A stretch of 64,000 bases of DNA, taken from positions 1,163,932-1,227,931 of the forward strand of contig RHPI01002090.1 in the NCBI GenBank assembly GCA_009103225.1, given 5' to 3'. Shown one piece after another: positions 12,440 to 25,190 of this stretch. The notes below the pieces were generated by a model. It was given only the letters and a program-made list of their open reading frames with translations. It ran no database searches and was not told the origin of the DNA. Within the stretch, counting starts at the first letter, position 1, and the number at the start of each line of letters is the position of its first letter. The DNA is from Chlorokybus atmophyticus. Taxonomy: Eukaryota > Plantae > Mesostigma and Chlorokybus algae. Made by a program: the position numbers and the translations under genes.

Positions 12440-12775
12440 TTGACTACCTCAAGTGGCAACAATCACCTTGCGCTGTGTTACATGATACATGTCGCAACAT
12501 GCACACACTGAGCACCTTGTACACTCGGAACCCAACACCGTTGATAGTACCGACAAGTCCTAATATATGGACAACTCTGTTGCCAGACATAGCACGACTG
12601 AACAATGCCAGATCACTGTACACTATGTACAATGTCTAAAAACTCTACGTGACACATAGAATGCAGCACAAGCCCACAATTGAACATACCTACTCCCACT
12701 TGTTACCCCTGCGTCTACCCTTGACCAAGTCAATGGACACGATGAACAGCAACTATTGTGGTCCTTGCCATTGTA
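12440..12775 (+). repeat. Degenerate dispersed repeat, copy 2 (direct copy of ~8980-9300)
   Basis: Same colinear blocks as copy 1. Confidence 0.75.
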
Positions 12776-13238
12776 AACAACGACATGAGCCCGCATGGGC
12801 AGGTGCTGAGGTTTGCGTGCATGCTTGCATGTCGACGGGGTGGTGTACAAAAGATGGAGTGCTAATAATGTGTTTGATAGCTTAGGTAGAGTAGGTAAGC
12901 CGGTGGTGAACGTGCTAATGGTTGTTGCCTGCATGCTATATACTAATCGTGCTACTTGCATGCTCCATGCATAAAACATTGCCCACCGCGTTTCATGCAC
13001 AAACTGCCCAGCAGCAGTTCACAGCAGAGCTTGACCACTACCATGGCAGCCTGGCAGAGCAACAGAGTACAGGCCGCAGGCAATTCTGTTACAATGTGCG
13101 TATGCGTGTACACAAGTGCAGAATGATGCCAAAAGCGAGCAGATGCCGCAGGCCAAGCCCGTCGGCGTGCAGCTACAACAGACTGCGCAGCGTGCTACTA
13201 CCCCTACGCGATTGCAGGCAGGCAGGCCCCACAAGCCA

Positions 13239-14542
13239 CTATCGCTTCACCCATTGGAAACTCTTTCGTGCCTTGGCCTTGCCCGGCTTCTTGCGCTCCA
13301 CGACACGAGGGTCCCGCGTCAAGAAACCCGCTGCAAACAAGTGACACACATCACCGATTGCCAATTGCAAAGTCAAATCAGTTTGCATGCAATCCTGAAA
13401 CAAACAGACACATGCTACAACGCGTACCTTCTTTCAATGGAGGTCGCAGCGCGGGGTCAAACGCTTGGAGCGCCTTGCTGATGCCGTGGCGAATGGCGCC
13501 GGCCTGGGAGGAGATGCCGCCACCCTTGACGGTTGAGTACATGCTGAAGTTCCCCAACGTGCCCGTGACTAGAAACGGCCGCAACGAGTCCGCCCGCCCA
13601 TTCACCTCTTGAAAGTACTGGTCATGGCCTTTGCTGTTGACCATCAACGGTCCGCCGCCGGGCGACAACCAAACCCTCGCTATGCTGCACTTGCGCTTGC
13701 CGGTGGCATAAGCCCGGCCCAGCTCGTCCACCACACGGACTCGCCTCCTCGCAATCTCTTCCTGCTGTATGCGCTCCCTCAACCTGGTACGCGGAAGATA
13801 GCAGACATGCTTGCCTTAACATACCTATTACTGAGGTGTTTGTGCAAACGTCCTATGTGCATGCGTGCAGGGCCGCGCCTGCGCAACTAATGCACGCATG
13901 CTCTCAATCTCGCAAGCGGCTACAATTGCTGCAAAGCTGAACTTAAAGGCTATGCCAATGCTGAGCAATGGTGCACACATTGAACGCCTGATAGCCTACT
14001 AAGCGGCAACATTGTTTGTGAATCCTTAGACACGATGTCAGAGTTGACTGCAAATATCAGCATGCATGCAACACATAAACATGCCATTCACACTTCGTGC
14101 ACGAGAGCTGGCGATTAACTCCTCACCTACGCAGCTCCTTCTCTTCAGCCTCTCTATCCTCCATTAGTATGTCATCAAGCGGCGGCAACCCCACCAGGCC
14201 GTCTCTGCCCTCCAGGATGGAGTCGATGGCGTCGCCATCTAGAAAGTCCTCTGAAGGGAAGGACCCAAGCAGGGGCTCGCCTTCCAGTCCCACGTGCCCC
14301 TGAAGGTCTCCCTCCGGCGGACCGAGCACGCCACTGTTGTCAACGACGTCGGCAACACCACCAACTCCTCCTTCGCCTCCTCCTCGTGCACCTGCGCCTG
14401 CCCCTTCCTCACCCAAGCGTGCTGCGGCCGAAGACCTAAACCCGGCCACCAGTGCCTCCACTACCCCACCTCGCGTGCACAGCGAGGAGGACGACGACGC
14501 CGCAAACAGCGCACGACACACCCTTGACGCTCCGGCCTGCAT
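13239..14542 (-). CDS. RPS9: Ribosomal protein S9 (uS9), organellar, most likely mitochondrial
   Basis: [16 protein letters not shown]...[21 protein letters not shown]...[28 protein letters not shown]. Long N-terminal presequence [13 protein letters not shown]...; three exons. Confidence 0.95.
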
Positions 14543-14765
14543 CAGCGTGCCCTCCCTCGCACCCTCGCCACCGACGTGGCCGACGATGTCGTTGTCGTTG
14601 GCGCTGTCAATGTCGTCGCCAACGCTGGCGGCGGCGAATTGTAGCTAGCGCTTGGGTCCCAACTTGGGTTCCAGTTGCGGGTTCATTCATTGGGGACCCA
14701 AACCCGGATTGACTCATGCGTTGGGACCTACAGTCACACAGGCTTGGCTGGTGGTTGTGGTGGCG

Positions 14766-16659
14766 ATGGCGGCGTCGGCGTTGCTGGTGGCGTCCGGTTG
14801 GGCGCTAGCTGCGCCATCGCCTCAGGTAGTCCATGCGAGGAGCATCCGCATCAAAAGCAACAGAGGGGAGAGAGGTAAAGAGAGAGGCACGCGCACTTTC
14901 TGTGCGAGACTGAGAGCACGCCGAAGTGGGAAACTTTGTGTGCATGCCAACAGCTAGCTAGGTAGCTTTCTAGCTATGCGCTCAGCTTGTGGTGGAAATC
15001 TCATCGCTCAAAGTAAGCTGCTTCACTTGCCGGTGCAGGGAGCGTTTCCACCAGGCAGCGCAGGCACTCGCCTGCTGTTGCCAGCGCTTCCCCCTCGCAA
15101 CATGCAGCTGAGCGGGAGAGCCAGCTGAGACGCGGAGCTCAAACTGCGGCACAAGCGCTGGCTGCAGCAGCAGCTGTGGTATTCGGTGGTAAGGAAGCAT
15201 GCAGAGTACTGGTGTTTGTATGCAATGCGTGAAGGTGGCTAGCCCGCTGGCTGGCTGCATCCATGGCGTTGAGGCAATTTGGAGCTTTTTTGCGCACAAC
15301 GCAATGTTTCTGTCCGCCAGGTGGCGTAGCGCATGCAGCAGTTACCTCTGGCGACGTCAAGGACTTCAATGGCAAGAGTGGCGTCCACCTCACGATCCCC
15401 AAAGACTGGGTGGTTGCCATTGTGAGTGTACCAGGAAACAGTTGGTTCACCTGTTTGTTCGCAACTTGTGCAGCTTGCTCGAGCAAGCATTTATGCATGA
15501 GTTTCCAGGTTGTGCAGCTTGTGTTTCTTCTTGTTGGAAGCGTTCTCCAGTGTTGTTGTGCTACTCTAGCTGTGGCAACAACGTTGGCAACATCGCCTGT
15601 CAGTCAGCAGCTTGAGACATTGGTCTGTTTGTCACGCTTTCGCTCATGGTCTGTGGCATGCACTTAGTAATAAACGTAGTAACAGACTAGTGTCCACAGC
15701 ATTCCTGCCACAGAAGAGGCAGGGTTCTTGTTCATTTGCAGCATATAGAATATGGTTCTTGTCATGCAGAACCGTCCCGCACCATCCCGAAGCACCCAGC
15801 CTGAGACGTTGGCATTGCTCGGCAACTTCACAGCATACGACACGGTAAGTTGTTAATGTTGTTTGGTGTTTGTGACTGTTTGGGCAAGGATTGACGTGCT
15901 AATTGGTGCCGCAACTTGCTCCGTCATAGGTAAGTGTATTGCAAGCGCCTTCAACTGGGTTTGAGGCGGCCACATCAGCAGCAGAAGTGGCGGACAAGCT
16001 GGCCTTGAAAGGGGTATGCACGCCTGTGTTTGTCACATGATGCTGTAGGTTGGCGGAGTTTTGGTGGTATAGTTTATAACTGCGCACAACCAACAACGAC
16101 AGAATGTCCGCACAGCAATGATCTCAGCGGCGCGACGGGAGGCAAGCACGCCCGGGGAGTCTGCGTATACATTTGAGTATGTGCCCAGAGACTGTAATGC
16201 CAGAATAAGTATTCCCTCGCAGGTGGCAGGATACAAACTACTGGGTTGCACGTCCATGCAGGTATAGCACAGAGACTTGCAGAGGCAACACGGAGGAGGC
16301 TGTTGGTGGAGACGTCTTGTGTTTGGCTCCACGGGATGGGCAGCCCTTGCCCACGGTGAAGCGGCACCATATAACTGCAGCCTTCGTCAGGAATGGTATG
16401 TGTACATGATATTTAAAGTGCTGTTTCGCACACGCGTACAGGCAGCGAAGTCGAGTTTGCACTGGCATGCCAAATGTGTGTGCACTTGACACGTTGGTCC
16501 TGCTGTATGATCTGAGCAACTGCGCACTTTGCTGTTAATGTCAACTTGTTATCCGCAGGGTTGGTGTATACCGCATCCGCATCATGCGTTGAAGACCGCT
16601 GGGCGGCAGCAGGGCGGCAATTGCAAGCCATCGTAGCTTCTTTCACCTTGTCTACATGA
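14766..16659 (+). CDS. PsbP-domain (PPD family) thylakoid lumen protein
   Basis: In-frame spliced exons: twin-Arg and hydrophobic stretch LRRGAQTAAQALAAAAAVVFGGGVAHA|A, LTIPKDWVVAI, LLGNFTAYDTVSV, SAAEVADKL, YTFEYSTETCRG, RHH...NGLVYTASASCVEDRW...IVASFTL*. The first two exons are less certain. Confidence 0.8.
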
Positions 16660-17312
16660 CAGGGTGGCGCACTGTGGCCAATGACGCGAAGCCGCAGTGC
16701 TTATCAGCGATTGCCAACATCAAGTGTCCATCAACCTGTTGGTCATGAGCCCACCTGGGGCGGGTTAAATGCAGAACAGCTTTTAGCCACTATCAGCTTG
16801 TCTGTACTGTGTTGGGTGAGGCAGTGAAGTTGTGAAGTTTTGGTTGTTGAGGTCCTACACCCATGCTTGTCTTCAAGGGCGCCTAATGGCGCGCGACATG
16901 GCACCAATGCCACTACGCATCAGCTGCGTCTTTGTCTTCAAGGGCGCCTAACGGCGCGCACCGGCCATCTCCGCAAGGCTCTTGCCTGCGCGGGGTTATC
17001 TCATATCGAGTCACCCCAAAACAAAATGAAAATGCACCGGCTGCATCACCAAAAAAAAACGCACAGCATCTCGCCTGCAGCACAGCAATGACCATCTCAC
17101 ATGACAGCTTATACCAACTCCTATCCCTTGCACGAGGTGCACACCCTTCACCACTGCCATGTCAGCATGCAGCTGCCTGCAAGTTTTGGTTACTCCTCAG
17201 ATGCAAGCATGCACTGACGCAAATACAGGCAGCTTCTGGAGGGCATCAACAAACAACTCCTTGCACACGCATTCAACTCCAAACACACTGTATGGTACAT
17301 CTAGCTGACTAA

Positions 17313-20300
17313 CTATGTGTCCCGCTGTGCTTTGCGCCGGCGCGTGGTTCTTGGTTGCCCTGTGGCACTCGTACTCGCCTCAGCTATCTCACCCTCCGCT
17401 TCATCGACAGGTTGTCGCACATCCTCTTCCTCTTCTTCCTTGGTGTCATCACCCTCTTCAGCCTCTGCTTCCTCTGGGGCATCATCCGGTTGCGTAATGT
17501 CTGCCTTCTTGGCTTCTTCAACAGTAACTATCGTGTCCGCACTTGGCTATGCCACACACACAAGATGATGGTTAGCATAGCCAGCTTATAACACTGAATA
17601 TCTCAATATACTAAATGAAAAATGCAAATTACCTTTTGCTTTCCTTTCAAGCAGCACGCCGTCAACAAGAATATGAATGCCAAAGGCGACGCCAACAGTG
17701 GATACACCAGCATTTTATTCTGCTCTAGTTGTTGCACGAGCGGCTGCACACAAACAACATCAGTTGTGACCTTCCGTGAAGCCTTTCTATCAAACAATGT
17801 CAGCTCAAGAGACATGCTTGATACACAACTACAGCACTACAAACGACAATGTAGCAATACCAGGCTAAGTTTGCACAGCACATGATCCGGGGTGCCACAG
17901 TGCTACAGGCATGCACTAGCTGAAGGCGTGCGCAAAGACTGTGTGTAAGACTGCGATAACTACGTTGAATCTCATGCAAAGTATGGAACGTGATTCAGAT
18001 CTCAGCGGCCAAGCGTCTTGATAGCATGTTATGACAGGCGATACATGAACACATCAGCAGAGTTTGGAAATAGCATGCGATGAAGAAGCTGTCAGCGCGA
18101 AGAGAGCAGAACAGCAACACAATGACTTGCATGAAACTAACCCCTCCACGCATGCAAGAAATGCTCACCGTCAAGTATGGCCGCAGTGCTGCTCCCTTCA
18201 CATCGTCCAAGTAAGCACGCAACGAGTCTATGACCCTTGTGGGAAACTGCAGTAGCCATGGTGCACAACAGAGTGAGTCAAGCAGCTGGCACAACTGACT
18301 AGCATGCTTCAAGATGCACAGAGATAAAGCAAAACCACATGCGTGCAACCAGCCAGCTACAGCGGCTTACGTCTTCTGCTTCTTCATCGTCCTCGTCCTT
18401 CTTGGTAGCAGCTGCAGCCTTTTGCGCACCAAACTTCTCCTGCCAGGTTTTGGCACGGAAATCCTTGGCGACTTCCTCATCATGCGTTATCAGGAAGTTG
18501 TCGAAGGTGATGCCCTTATTCATTGTCCAGATTTCAATGGCAGCGGCCACAATGGGTTCAAAGTTATGAGGATGAGGGTCCTCGAAGTAGTTGGGGTTGA
18601 GTATCTGCCGGGGCTTCCATTCTCCCTGCAGCAATGGAAATAAAGTGATGCTACACATAATGCAACCACAACAAGTGCATGCCACTTTGGTTGCTGTGGC
18701 AGCAGACATGCAGCTGCTTGAGTACAAGAACATTGTGGCATATCCTAGCTTGACTGTCCAATAGACATGTGGATGGTAGAGGCTACAAGACAATGCAACA
18801 TGCATATTGTTGTGCCTGTCATTTGAGTTTGTAGCGCATCAATGCTCGGAAATATATCTGGACCAAATGAGCCGATGCGACTTGAGCAAGGTGCTCAGCA
18901 CTTGCTAGATGAATGTTACCTTGTACTCAGGATTGTCAATCAGCGGTGCAGTCCATTTGCCCTTGTACTTGGGGTTCTTGGTCATTGGCCGAGTCCATGC
19001 ACCGCAACCAGGCGCCTCGTCGCAGCGTGGGTTGCGAACCTTTGGTGGCTCCCATGCTCCGTCCTCCTCCTCATCCCATCCCTCTGGCATCTCAGCCTCC
19101 GGGTCATCGATCAACTCTGGCTCATCATCCAGCCAGCCAGCAGGCTTTGTGGCAGACTCGTCCTGTTCAACATAATAATAGATTAGTACAAGCTTGAACT
19201 CCTACTTACGTACTTACTCCGCTATTATACAGCAGCACTGATCCCCCGATCATCGCCCCCGCCNNNNNNNNNNNNNNNNNNNNNNNNNNNNNNNNNNNNN
19301 NNNNNNNNNNNNNNNNACATGCACGCACGGCATGCACTGAGGACGACAACCACTGGCCATGCACCACATTGATGGAATGACCTCCATCCTATGTGTAAGG
19401 CAAATTGGACAGCATGTGTGATACTGCAATATGTCTGGTGCAATGCACAATTGTGGAAAATCTTGGTGTGCTTGTAACACAATCAGTGCTGCAGGATGTT
19501 CCCCGCTCAGCTCGCACACACGATCCATGAATACTGGTAAAGAAGCTGCATTTAATGTGGGCAATGCAAGGGGATGCCTTGTATGGTATAGACATCCCTA
19601 CGCAATGCAATTACCCAGCGAAAGCAACTTGGGAAGTTGCTTGCCTGCGACACCCCGCCAAAACAGCAAAATGCATGACAGGATGGCGCAATTGCATGCT
19701 TACCGGAATCATCAAAGGAGCACTCTCATCCCAGTCATCCGGCTTCTTGGCATTGGGGTCGGGTATCTTGGCAGTGTCCACCCAGTCCTCGGGCTTCTTG
19801 TCCTCGGGGTCATCCATCATTTTGGGAGGATTGACTGGCGGATCAAAGTCCGTCAACAGGCTTCCAGACGACCTTGATTCGCCATCAACTAGAACCTCGT
19901 ACGTGTTGTCGGGGCGAATGACGGCCGTGTAGACATGGCTGAGCGAGTCTGTAATGGGCGTGGGAGGGTTCTTCAAATGCTTCTCCTCAAACTCTCCTGT
20001 TTTGGGGTTCTTATGCTGAAGGATGAGGTGGACCTTGTTTGTGGAACCACACTTGTCCTGCATGCAAGCGCATTATTTCGCAAGAGAGGGGAATCTGTCC
20101 AATCCGCATGACTACACACGAACGAAGGTGTCTCTTCAAATGTACTGCATGAAAAGCAAGAGCTCCTGTGCACGCCGTACCGGACCAAACATGATAACGT
20201 AAGGCGTTTGATCATTCATCTGGTAGGGGTCGAAGTTGTCATTCTCGCGCAGGAATTTCACATAAGCCCCTCCGCAGTCAATGCCGTCTTGGAAGCGGAC

Positions 20301-20913
20301 CTCGTACTGCAACACTGTGGTCTTGTCCTTGGGGTCAAATGGCTCCTTGAGTAGCGCTGTAATGCCATACGCCCTCGCCTCCTGAGGTACGTACAAAGTT
20401 GCGTCTTGCGTCGCTTCGTCCTCCTTCAAAATCATCTTGCCTGTTGCGGAGCAAGCGTGCACTTTTTCTGTACATGACTTTAGGCCATGCAGCCAAGGAA
20501 GCAAATACTACATCCATGCTTTGCATGCGTGTACAATGCGTGTTCAGAACAGTTCAACAGGACGAGTACTTTCACTCGAACAATGCTAAACCAGGCACCA
20601 TTGTCCCGCACTGACCGTTGTACTTGCGCTGGGCTGAGGACATCCATCGCTTCTCCCAATTTCCCTCCGTGAACGTCTCAACAAACGCGTAAGCACCATT
20701 CGGCCTGACAGCCTGTCCCCGCAGAACGCACAAACGCACCAAGTTAAACGCAAGGCTTCAAGAAAACAAGCAGCCGCCACAGGCATGCCGATGACATGCA
20801 CGTCCCAGTCCTGAACTCCGAAAACAACGCACCTCCTCGGCAGCGACGGCAATGCTGCACAGCGCGCAAGCAGAAGCCAACGCCAACAGCATCCACCAGC
20901 CGACCCTCGCCAT
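17313..20913 (-). CDS. CNX: Calnexin
   Basis: Signal peptide, [34 protein letters not shown]-domain repeats ([42 protein letters not shown]), IEIWTM, TM exon 17765-17640, acidic tail ending RRRKAQRDT*. An N-gap lies in one intron. Confidence 0.97.
19264..19316. other. Assembly gap (N run) inside a calnexin intron
   Basis: Run of n. Confidence 1.
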
Positions 20914-21516
20914 GGCGGCCACTGACGTCGAGCCGCCTCGCAACGAGCTGCACAATGCCTTTCCCGCCGTCAGCAAGGCAGGCAGACTACGGAGCGTAAC
21001 TTACGTATGCGTATCTCGTCCAGCCTCCACCGTATCCTGCTCAGGCACAAATACGGTGCGCCAAGCAAGGGTCTTACAGGATGCCGCGGGCATCGGCTCC
21101 CAGCAGCAGCATGCACCAGCCCGCTTAAGATCCGTGGCAACTACGGATTACGCCTTGCCCTTCCGGAACCATCGCAGCGTATGCTAGCCTGCGATTGGCC
21201 GTCGCAGCGTAATGTGACGCGGACGACAGTTACTATTGTAACCTTCCCCATACGGAAGGGAAGAAACAGCGCCGAGGAGTTACCTTCCGGGCGTCGCGGA
21301 ATTGACTTCCTTCCGTTGCAGTTCGCACACACGCCATGCGCGTGCCGATGCGCGTGCAGGTTCAAGTGCCAGCTGGAAGCGGCGGCGGCGGCGGCGGTGG
21401 AGGCGGAGGAGAAAGAGGACAGTGGAGAGTGGGACGTGCCTTGTGCGTCGATTGGGCTGGGTTAAGAACAGATGCTGTGGTAGCTGTTGTGATTGTGGTT
21501 AAGGCGAAAGCAGGCA

Positions 21517-23648
21517 ATGGCGAGGGCCGGATGGGGGTTGTTGGTGGGTGTGCTGCTGGTGGCCGCCGCCGGCCAGCTGCCTGTGAGGGTTTCTGCCACC
21601 ATCCCGGCGGACTGCGGCGTGACGTTTGACAATCTGTGGCTCAGCTTTGCCAAATGGATTGGGGAGACAGATGTCAGAAAGCAAGAAGAGTTCAAACAGA
21701 GCACACTTGCCATGGGCGCCTGTGCTAATTTCATCGACCTGGAGCAAGTCTGTCGCAAGGTGGAGGAGAACATTGTGCTAGAACTTGCTTATAATCACTT
21801 GCACTTCATCCATGCATTTCAGTTCTGCAGCTGATACGGCCTGCTGTAAACACTTTCCATCTACCTCGTTGGTGTGATTAGGCTTCAAGTCGTTTACCGT
21901 TTTACCGCAAATGGGTGTAGAGGCGACTGCTCCAAACGTGGAGCAGTCGACTCTACTGCCAAGTTTGGAGCAGTCCCCTCCATGCACACAATTATGCAGT
22001 CTCCGAATTGCAAGCATGCTTCGTCGGCGTACAAGACATGCAAGTAGTTGTCTGCAGTACAGTGCAGCATGACTTCTTAGGACTGTGACCAAATACTGAT
22101 GACCTTAAGGGCATTGGCTGTTTGCAACAGCAGTTGAACCTTACATGCAGGCTACTTCAGCGGCAATGATACAGTAGCCTGCACTGGCGTATGAGTTGTG
22201 CGTTCTTTGTATGAGTAAGTTGAGTGGATTGTTGGCAATGCTCTTAGGTTGAAGACACTCTACACTTGATGTTGTATGAAGATTCTGGGAGGATGGAGCG
22301 TCACAAAGAAGGCAACACGCTTTTGGCTGGTGAGCTACAGAGGCGTGAGCTGGAAGGTGGCAATCCCACGAGGTGTGATTGTGACAACGGCATCGCCAGA
22401 TTGGTTGCATCCGCAGCAACCTCACAGGTGTTTGTTCAAGGACAATGGTTGGATTAGCGTTTTCGTATTGCATGCTATGTCTACTACATCAGGAAGAGTA
22501 GGTGTGCGCAACCCGAGTAGAACGGGCTGCTGTTGTTCCGTTATATAAAGCAATCAATCTGTCTCAGTGTGTCGCACTGCATTGGCACTGGACAGTGTGA
22601 TGTCGTGCAAGCATGCCTGGCAGTCAATCGGCGGTGTCCGATTGCCTGTGTGGCTTGCAGGTGGATGCCGGCAGCCAGCCCAAGCCCAATCCGCTTGCAG
22701 TGGTGGTGTACGCACCCCACAAGACAGGTTCCTCGTTTGTCAACCGCTTGCTTCGCGGCGTCTCCACCCTCTGCAGAGTCTGCCACTTCTCGGACAGCTA
22801 CTCAGGCAGCGTGTGCGTCAACTCCGACTGCGCCATCACCGACAAGCTTCATGCAAAGGACTACACGTCATCACGCTGGGGCTCCTGCTATGAGTGGAAC
22901 AAGGTAGGACACGCGGTCAGTTTTGCTTCTTGATCCTCATCAAGTTGGGACTCTCAAGTATTGTAACCCTCTGCGCAGGACCACATTGAAGCAGCCAACA
23001 GTCAGCTGGAAACAGCGGGGACTCAGGCTCGGTCCACAATAGAACAACGCGTGATCGATGGCTTCATTTGGGGACCAGTGCGCAACTTTTCTGAGCAAGC
23101 AGACGTATCTGCATACTCTGAGCGGCTTTACATTTTCCAGCAGCGGCACCCGCTCGACATGCTGGTTTCAGAGTTTCATGCATTGGCTCAGTCTGGTGAC
23201 CTCACAGAGAAACAGACTGTTGACGAGTTTGTCCTTCAGGTATGTGGCAGGATCTGCTGCGATTGCTAGTAGTGTCTTGCCGTTTAACTAAGCCGTCTGC
23301 AATCAGGTCTTGCCCTACCTGCGTGACAGTTACACCCCAATGTTTGATATGCTGAAGAAGCTCCCGCCATCGGAGGTTCACATCAGTCGATACGAGGATC
23401 TCTTCCTCGACTTTGACAGCTGGCTGGATGCCATGGTGCTGTTGTTCCACTCACTCTGCGCTGGCATTGAGGAAACAGCTTCAGAGTACCTGCAGAAAGA
23501 GCTTGCACCAGCTCTCACCCAGACCGAACCCAACAGCGTGTTTCTGCCGGGAGAGCACAAGAAAGAATTGAAGAAAGAGACCATAGACGAAGCATATCGA
23601 CGAGAGCCTGAGCTTTTCGCCAGGCTCAACTACCCGCAAGATGTGTAG
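21517..23648 (+). CDS. Secretory-pathway PAPS-dependent sulfotransferase (~422 aa, 5 exons)
   Basis: Exons 21517-21759, 22248-22427, 22661-22903, 22979-23239 and 23307-23648, all introns phase 0. N-terminal signal peptide, 5'-PSB loop VYAPHKTGSSF, 3'-PB RHPLDMLVSEF, RYEDL, C-terminal PGEHKKELKKET. Confidence 0.85.
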
Positions 23649-24599
23649 TTGTCACTCGGCGGCTCTTGTACTACTATAGCAAACACAACATACTCCTGCA
23701 TACCATGCTGTGGTTGGCTGCGTCTTGCTGTGCAGGGAGTGGTTTCATCCACCTATGTGCAGCAACACACAGTGAGGCACAGCAAACAACAGTTGTGGGT
23801 TGGAACCGGTGCAGAGTGTGCATTGCTGCAATCTCCTCATTGCAACAAGCATGAAGCACAGCGCCGGGTTGCCGCCCTGCGCCTGCACATCCCCATGCTC
23901 CCGTGTGCCGGTTGGGCCAGCTTGTCTTGCATGTCTTTGCCTTGTTAATGTCGCAACTTGAATCTTCATGTTGCTTCGAATGTATTCTACCAATTGCAGT
24001 ACCCACGCGGCCTCGCCAAACTCTGCTTGCTATGCATTTTGCAATCTCGTTGATATACCCTACATGGATACCACACTATGAGGTTGACTACCACAGGAGG
24101 GCGGGAATTGCGTCCTTGCTGTTTACGCTGCTTGCCATTGACGACAACCGATTACAGCAGCTCGTGGGGGCAGGTAGCTGCTTGTACATGTATGCTTGTC
24201 TGACGCCGGTGGGTAGAATAGTGAATGTAGTGACTTGAGAAACATGGTATAAAATAGCCCGGTGGTGTTCGTGCTGTTGCTTGTGGTACTGCATGGTATG
24301 CCGTGAAGTAAAGTGACTATGCATGTCTAACAGCACCGCGCGTATCCTGTACGCCGTGCACACACAACCATGGTCACATGAAAATGACAAGCAATGCAGA
24401 CGCACTTACGCTGCATCCTCTCACTCGATAACGGAGCACGTTTGGCAACCAGGGCGGCGTGCACGCAGTCACATCCACTTTTGGAGAGCAAGTCCAGAGC
24501 AACTCTAAAGATCTCAACTCAAAAGCTTATTGGATAAATACACCAGTACGCACTTACAGTGTCATCGAGGCCCTTTGATTTATTAATACACTGAATGAG

Positions 24600-25190
24600 T
24601 CTCAGTGCTTATACTACACAAACCCACCACCCTACCCCACCAGCAGCACCTAACCAGCGAGCAATGTCGCAGTGGCACTGCGCAGTGCAGTGCTGACGGC
24701 GACACTGTGCAAGCCAGGGTGACGTCGGAGCGAGGGGCAGGGCAGAGGGGCGGGGCAGAGGGGCCCTGCCGAGAGCGTTGAGGTTCACAACATGGGCAAC
24801 CCAGCAACGGCAGATGTGGAATGAGAGAGGAGACGTGGGCGCAGACGTAGAGGAGTGGTGGGGGAAGAGAGGAGGTGTGGGGGGAGAAAGGAGAGTGGGA
24901 GGGAGAGAGCGGGTTGCGCTGCACCACACTGCATGTCGTCCGCTGCCTGCACAGTAACGTCCTACTGACTGCAACAAGTGTTGCACAGGTAATTATCTGA
25001 CTCTAACCAGCATGCATGCATGACTGACGGGGGTGGTGAGTACGTAGATAAGCGCTAGGCGTAGGAATGAGGCAGTGAGTGCAGTGTATATAGCCCGGTG
25101 GTTGTGTACGTATGATTGCCTGCGTAGTTGAGTGCAATGTCACATGATGTGTGCATGCCATGTGTATGGTTGCCTTGCATGACATCCCCG
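24600..25190 (+). repeat. Degenerate dispersed repeat, probable non-autonomous TE remnant (inverted copy at ~56760-57715; fragments at ~12820-12960 and ~24200-24310)
   Basis: Colinear motifs CCCACCACC..CCTAACC..GCACTGCGCA, a GGGCAG-rich block, and TGACT..GGGGTG..GTAGATAAG..TGAGTGCAG..GCCCGGTGGT shared with the reverse complement of 56760-57715. Confidence 0.55.
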
